Of a stretch of DNA of 27,627 nt, positions 22,870 through 27,627 are shown piece after piece. How positions within the stretch are numbered: the stretch's first letter is position 1; each line of letters starts with the position of its first letter. The DNA is taken from the NCBI GenBank assembly GCA_964373795.1, contig CAYJVY010000012.1:1-27627 (forward strand), given 5' to 3'. The notes beneath the pieces are model-generated. The model was given only the letters and a program-made list of their open reading frames with translations. It had not been told where the DNA came from and ran no database searches. Origin of the DNA: an uncultured archaeon. Its GTDB lineage: Archaea > Iainarchaeota > Iainarchaeia > Iainarchaeales > DATDZZ01. The position numbers and the translations under genes are program-made.

Positions 22870-23613
22870 CTACTTCCAGGCAATAAAAACACTGTAATGC
22901 CTTTCCCCAGGAATTTTTACATAACAATCAACTTTGCTAAAACCAATGTCTTTCAAAGTTGCTACTAATTCTGCATGTGAAAGAAGATAACTGCTATAAG
23001 TATGGCTGAAAACTTGTTTTGATTTGTTTTCAGAGACAATTGTTCTCCAGCTTCTAACACACCTAATATTGGATTCTTTGTTATAAAAAACATGCCAAAG
23101 CAAGCCAATGTTTATATTATTAATTTCCTTAAAACCAAGGTCAACAAAACCTTCCTTTTCATCTCTGCCATAAATATCCACATACAAAAAACCACCAACT
23201 TTTAGTACATCAAACATTGCTTTAAGTGAAGACCTAATCAAATTTTTTGCAGATGAAAAATCTAATTTATTTGTGTCCCAAGAATTCACATAAATCAAAG
23301 AATTCCCTCTGCATAAAACGCAATCGAATTTTTCCAAAAAAACTCCAGACAGATCAACCCAATTAATTTTATTGAATGGAATAAATATGTTTTCCTTTTC
23401 ACAATTTTCTTGAAATTTTGCAATCATTTTTTCAGAACCATCAGAACAAACAACATCAAATCCTAATTTTTTTAGTTCAATTGAAGGGTTTCCAGTGCCA
23501 CAAGCGCAATCCAAAATTTTTCTTGCACCTTGTTTTGACAAAAAATCTGCAATGCCTAAATGCAAATCATCTGTGTAAAGAAAATTCTGACACAAGTCCC
23601 AAAGATCAGCCAC
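22870..23613 (-). CDS. Class I SAM-dependent methyltransferase, glycine/sarcosine N-methyltransferase-like
   Basis: Motif I is ILDCACGTGNPSIELKKLGFDVVCSDGSEKMI, followed by ...INWVDL...FDCVLCRGNSLIYV, which resembles the GNMT/GSMT pattern. The probable start is the GTG at 23613, preceded by GAGGT with 4-nt spacing. The ORF-track start at 23670 is a TTG. Confidence 0.75.
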   Translation of the reverse strand: MADLWDLCQNFLYTDDLHLGIADFLSKQGARKILDCACGTGNPSIELKKLGFDVVCSDGSEKMIAKFQENCEKENIFIPFNKINWVDLSGVFLEKFDCVLCRGNSLIYVNSWDTNKLDFSSAKNLIRSSLKAMFDVLKVGGFLYVDIYGRDEKEGFVDLGFKEINNINIGLLWHVFYNKESNIRCVRSWRTIVSENKSKQVFSHTYSSYLLSHAELVATLKDIGFSKVDCYVKIPGERHYSVFIAWK

Positions 23614-23769
23614 ATTAACCTCAACATTTTCAAGCAAACAAAACCACCACAAAACCCAAAAAAACAGCAATAGTTAAATAAGTATCAAATCTTCAAATTA
23701 TTAATAATTAACAAGAAAATTTTTAACAAAAAGATAAATATTTAAACAAATTTAGCCATTATATTAAAT

Positions 23770-24747
23770 ATGAACAATTTTGGACTGGATTTAAAGAACA
23801 TGCAAATATTGTACCAGCTTGACTTGAATTCCAGAAAAAGCTTTTCAAGTATAGGGAAAAAAACCAGGTTGAGCCCGGAGGTGGTTTTCCACAGGGTGAA
23901 AAAACTTCAGGAAAATGGAACAATAAAATATTTTTACACCATCATCAACCCAATAAAACTTGGATTTCAAGGCTTCAGATTGTATATAAAATTTTCCGGT
24001 CTTGGAATAGAAAAAGAAAAAGAAATTCTGGATTTTTTGATTAAGCACAAAAAAACCTGGTGGGTTGTAAAAGTCCAAGGAAAATGGGATATTGACATTC
24101 TTTTATGGGTTAAAGACACTTACGATTTTGAAAATTTTTGGAATGAATTTAAGGACAATTATTTGGAATTTATTTCTGAATACCTACTTACAATTTTCAC
24201 AGAACTATATCACTTCAACAAGGCATATCTTGTGAGCAAAAAACGTGGAGAAGAAAAAACAATAACTTTCGGAAAAAGCTTGCAAAGAAATCCAAAAATT
24301 GACGAACTTGACTGGAAGATATTGAAAAGTATTTCAGTTAATGCAAGAAAACCAACAATTGAAATAGCACGTGAAGTAAACAGCTTTGCAAAAATTGTGG
24401 CATATAGAGTAAAAAAAATGGTAAAAGAAGGAATAATCCTTGGATTCAAGCCATTAATTGATTTGGAAAAAATTGGAATGAAATATTTTAAACTAGACAT
24501 TAACTTAAAAAATATGAAAACATGGCACAAGCTTGTCTCATTTTCACAATCATGTCCAAATATTACATATGTTGATCAAACAATAGGCACATCTGATTTC
24601 GAAGCAGACATAGAAGCAGAAAGCAATGAAAAATTCTACTCACTAATTCAAGAAATCCGTGCAAAATTTGGAGAAAATATACGTGATTATTCTTATTTTG
24701 TAGTGGAAAAAATTTATAAAATCAGTTATCTGCCTCACAAGTATTAG
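23770..24747 (+). CDS. Tandem (duplicated) Lrp/AsnC-type regulator
   Basis: The 325-aa product has two HTH+RAM modules. The first is MQILYQLDLNSRKSFSSIGKKTRLSPEVVFHRVKKLQENGTIKYF... The second is LDWKILKSISVNARKPTIEIAREVNSFAKIVAYRVKKMVKEGIILGF... Confidence 0.85.
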   Translation: MNNFGLDLKNMQILYQLDLNSRKSFSSIGKKTRLSPEVVFHRVKKLQENGTIKYFYTIINPIKLGFQGFRLYIKFSGLGIEKEKEILDFLIKHKKTWWVVKVQGKWDIDILLWVKDTYDFENFWNEFKDNYLEFISEYLLTIFTELYHFNKAYLVSKKRGEEKTITFGKSLQRNPKIDELDWKILKSISVNARKPTIEIAREVNSFAKIVAYRVKKMVKEGIILGFKPLIDLEKIGMKYFKLDINLKNMKTWHKLVSFSQSCPNITYVDQTIGTSDFEADIEAESNEKFYSLIQEIRAKFGENIRDYSYFVVEKIYKISYLPHKY

Positions 24748-24860
24748 TTCGAAAAAATAGCCAAAGAATTGATATTGATCTTGAACTTAGCTCTATTTTA
24801 ACACTTGATCAAATAGTTTGGAGTAGAAAAGAAATAAACTTTTGGAGCTGAACATGACTG

Positions 24861-25865
24861 TTAGCTTCCGAATTCGAATAAATTTTTTTGACTGAATTCA
24901 TTTAAAGGCTTTGAAGGAATTTTTAGTTTTTTTGAAACATGATGGGAAAACTCTTTTGCAAAGCCATGAGTTGTTAAAACCATTTTAGGATTAGAGCATT
25001 CAATGTATTCAATTAATTGCTTGAAATCAGAATGATCACTTAAAGGAAATAATTTATCAAATCCTTTTCTATAACTCCATCCAGTTGCAATTCCTGAAAC
25101 AACTTTTTTATTCAACGAAAGTTCAAGAAATTCAGTCAAGCCAGGCTCAACTAAATGAGGAGGAATAATTAACACATTTGAATCCTTTAAATTATGGTCT
25201 AATTTAATGAATTCTCCTAAATTAATTCCCTTATTCTTGTAAACAGAATTAAATTCAAATGCTTTTTCATAAACTAATGGAGTTTCATTTGAATACTCGT
25301 TAACTATTTTTGTAAGCTCTTGAGCCTTGCCTAAAGAATAACCAGCTAAAACAATGAAATTATTTTTTTTTGCTTCACTTGAAATCCATTTCCCAATTTC
25401 ATTGTATACTTCTTCTCTTTCAGGGAAAACAAATTCAGGCAAACCAAAGGTTGACTCAATTACTAATACATCTGAATTCAAAATTGGAGCTCCTTTTTGA
25501 ATAATCGAATCTTGTAATTTCATGTCATTCGTTAAAACAATTGTTTTCTCTGCATTGAATTCAATTTGAACTGCTCCAAGAATATGTCCAGAGTTATGAA
25601 AAGTAAAACTAAAATCATATAACTCTGTTTTCTTGTTTAAAGGAATTTTTTCAACCGCAATTGTTTCATCAAATTTGTCTGAAAGCAAGGCATAAGTTGC
25701 TTCAGATAAAAAAATTCTTGCATTATTTTTTTTAGAAATTTTTGCATGATCTGAATGAGCATGAGAAATAAATTTATAATCTGCTTCAACGCTTTTAGTT
25801 GAATCAACTGCCAATTTTACTCCTCTTTCCAAAATAATTCCATTTTCTTCTTTTAATTCAAACAT
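24861..25865 (-). CDS. Metallo-beta-lactamase fold / beta-CASP-like nuclease
   Basis: The 334-aa product has the HxHxDH motif as ISHAHSDHAK. Later features are ...HNSGHILGA..., ...VIESTFG... and a C-terminal PLSDHSD...LTTHGF, typical of short beta-CASP RNA/DNA-processing exonucleases. Confidence 0.8.
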   Translation of the reverse strand: MFELKEENGIILERGVKLAVDSTKSVEADYKFISHAHSDHAKISKKNNARIFLSEATYALLSDKFDETIAVEKIPLNKKTELYDFSFTFHNSGHILGAVQIEFNAEKTIVLTNDMKLQDSIIQKGAPILNSDVLVIESTFGLPEFVFPEREEVYNEIGKWISSEAKKNNFIVLAGYSLGKAQELTKIVNEYSNETPLVYEKAFEFNSVYKNKGINLGEFIKLDHNLKDSNVLIIPPHLVEPGLTEFLELSLNKKVVSGIATGWSYRKGFDKLFPLSDHSDFKQLIEYIECSNPKMVLTTHGFAKEFSHHVSKKLKIPSKPLNEFSQKNLFEFGS

Positions 25866-25934
25866 TCAAGCCGCCTTGCTTTAAAGATAAATATAAAATA
25901 TTCATTAAAGCACTAAGAAGAATAAAAAGCTTTC

Positions 25935-26630
25935 CTATCTTCCAGCTAAACCAGGAGATGCAAGGATAGCAACTCCAAAAATTAGGAAAACAACAAGTAA
26001 TACAGCTAACGCAATAGCAAATAAAATTGCTAAAGGAATTAATACTACTCCTGCAGCCTTTAAATCATCTAATTTAAAGAAAGCTTTAACTAGCATTATA
26101 TCTAAAAACAAGAAATAAAATCCTAAAGGAACAGCCAACAAGTTCAGTAAAGGAATTGGACTCAATAAACCTGTTACAAGTGTTTGACCAGCAGTCAAAT
26201 ACATCATATTAGGCAAGTATTGCATGAAATCCTTTTGCGCTCCAAAAAAACCTGCAAGAAGTGAATGAATGAAAGCAAAAATTCCTAAGAAAACTACTCC
26301 AAAAATTATTCCTCCAATAATTGCAAAAGGGCTTATAATTAAATCAAAAGCTAATCCAAAAATTGTTTGAATAATTACATTTCCTATTATTAAAAGATTT
26401 CCACCTGAAAAAGCTCCTGCCAAAACCACTCCCAAAACTGCTCCAAGTATTCCAAAAATTATTCTAAAAATTAATTGCCAAACCCCAGTAATAAGAGTTA
26501 CAATAGCAAAAGGAACCAAGGCCTGCATTAATTCAAATTTTCTTGAAACAAGTTTATCCATTGAAGTTTTCATTAAAAGAATGTCAAGAAAATCTTTAAC
26601 TGTTACAATGAAATCGCTTACTAAACCCAT
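25935..26630 (-). CDS. Polytopic membrane protein (Yip1/DUF1282-like by topology only)
   Basis: There are five to six hydrophobic helices rich in G/A/I/L. The ATG at 26630 (MGLVSDF...) is preferred over the TTG at 26648 used by the ORF track. Confidence 0.6.
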   Translation of the reverse strand: MGLVSDFIVTVKDFLDILLMKTSMDKLVSRKFELMQALVPFAIVTLITGVWQLIFRIIFGILGAVLGVVLAGAFSGGNLLIIGNVIIQTIFGLAFDLIISPFAIIGGIIFGVVFLGIFAFIHSLLAGFFGAQKDFMQYLPNMMYLTAGQTLVTGLLSPIPLLNLLAVPLGFYFLFLDIMLVKAFFKLDDLKAAGVVLIPLAILFAIALAVLLVVFLIFGVAILASPGLAGR

Positions 26631-26748
26631 AGTGACAAAAATAGACAAAACAAGTATTTAAATCTATCCTCTAAAACAATTCCGTTATTTTTTTGAATTA
26701 TTTTATTCAACTACTAGTTTTTTAAAGAATAATAAGTAAAAATATATT

Positions 26749-27228
26749 ATGCGTGAACGACCTACAACTAGAAGAATTGTTGTAACTAAAAGCCCTCAAC
26801 AACTACTTTCTGGAACAACTAGAAAAGAAATTAGAAGACAAAGAACTGAAATAAGAGAAGCTGAAGTTAAAAGAATTATCAACAAAGAGGTAAAGCTTCC
26901 AGAACCTGTTCCAGTTAAACCATTAATTTTTGAAAACCAAAAAAGAGTTGAAATTAGTGTTAAAGGCCAGAGAGTTACTCTTCCATTAAATGATTTAACT
27001 AGAAACTTAACTGAGGTTTTTGTTGAACAAAATGATGTAGCAATGTATATTTGGAGAGTTAAACCAACTAGTGAACACATTCCTCCAAATGGCAGGATTA
27101 GAGAAGACTTTCAATTAATTTATAAAATTCCTCCAAATGCTCCAGCTCCTGAACACTTTTCCACTATTTCAAGAGAACCAGAAAGAATTAAAACTGAAAC
27201 AAAAAAGCCTTGGTGGCAATTTTGGTGA
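26749..27228 (+). CDS. Hypothetical protein (159 aa), basic N-terminus
   Basis: The ORF has ATG at 26749, directly after an AAAATATATT TATA-like tract. The N-terminus is Arg/Lys-rich (MRERPTTRRIVVTKSP...RKEIRRQRTEIRE). No family was recognised. Confidence 0.55.
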   Translation: MRERPTTRRIVVTKSPQQLLSGTTRKEIRRQRTEIREAEVKRIINKEVKLPEPVPVKPLIFENQKRVEISVKGQRVTLPLNDLTRNLTEVFVEQNDVAMYIWRVKPTSEHIPPNGRIREDFQLIYKIPPNAPAPEHFSTISREPERIKTETKKPWWQFW

Positions 27229-27396
27229 AAAAAGTTTGTTTTTCAAACAAGTTCTTGCTTTAGATTGTTGGAAAAACAAACTCAAAAGCAATAATAAATA
27301 ATTCACTCTAATAATTATGGCTAAAATTTTTAGTAAAATTTTACCAATTTACTCCCAATACTAATTAAGTTAAGCTCCCAAATACTAATTTGTTAT

Positions 27397-27590
27397 TCGC
27401 TGTCAAGTGTGACATGTGTGATGTCAAATCACGCATGACAGGTGTGAAGTCAAGTCTCGCACCTTGAACGCGATGTCTCGTGCGTCGAGTGCGAGGGCCG
27501 ACGTCGGCCTTCAGCCTCGCCGGCTGATCGCCTCAGCTTCGCCGGCTGAACGCGCTTCAAGGGCCGAGTATTGTTCAAGGGAAATTTGCT
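27397..27590 (+). ncRNA. GC-rich structured element, copy B (homologue of 22672-22850 in opposite orientation)
   Basis: It has the 15-mer GTCTCGTGCGTCGAG at 27475-27489. The perfect palindrome GGCCGACGTCGGCC is at 27496-27509, flanked by GAGG and TTCAGC as in copy A. A closing helix pairs 27462-27472 with 27551-27562. CGCCGGCTGA(T/A)CGC is duplicated. It is GC-rich against an AT-rich flank. Confidence 0.4.
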
Positions 27591-27627
27591 TTGAAAGCAT
27601 TTAAAAAAGGGAAAAAATAAAAGTTTT

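Noticed and set aside
27397-27590. The GC-rich islands as tRNA, rRNA, RNase P RNA or SRP RNA
   Set aside because: There is no cloverleaf and no GTTCRAATC T-loop. There is no GAGGAAAGTCC (RNase P CR-I). There is no GGAA/AGCA helix-8 type SRP motif. The length is far too short for rRNA. The elements remain unclassified.

Overview
This is a strongly AT-rich, gene-dense fragment, mostly coded on the minus strand. It looks archaeal and DPANN-like: archaeal-type 438-aa AspRS, a tRNA without encoded CCA, TATA-like boxes about 25-30 nt before start codons, GGAGG/GAGGT/AGGTG ribosome-binding sites, and a giant surface protein. No similarity search was run, so every family call rests on motifs read from the translations.

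Housekeeping content: a thymidylate-kinase-like P-loop kinase, AsnRS, AspRS, tRNA-Asn(GUU), an EndoIII-like HhH-GPD/FeS glycosylase, one single and one tandem Lrp/AsnC regulator, a GNMT-like SAM methyltransferase and an MBL/beta-CASP nuclease.

Accessory content:
- A DUF433/DUF5615 toxin-antitoxin pair whose toxin carries an in-frame amber codon.
- An RHH/PIN (VapBC-like) pair.
- A tightly coupled five-gene minus-strand operon next to tRNA-Asn and four tiny ORFs. Its order is RHH protein, Type III Mod, Type III Res, a 49-aa glycine-zipper peptide and a 109-aa membrane protein.
- A decayed polyprenol-kinase-like gene remnant.
- A 2222-aa membrane-anchored surface protein.

The most unusual signals are non-coding:
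- Two homologous GC-rich islands of about 180-190 nt (22672-22850 and 27397-27590) lie in inverted orientation. They share an exact 15-mer and a hairpin with three compensatory pair changes, and they bracket a five-gene block. A possible third fragment lies at 874-925.
- A 14-nt core / 37-nt unit repeat family (CCTGGTGCCTAAAA[CTCCACAYA]) occurs at two loci.
- An AT-palindromic element of about 62 nt is shared by the 3' flanks of asnS and aspS.
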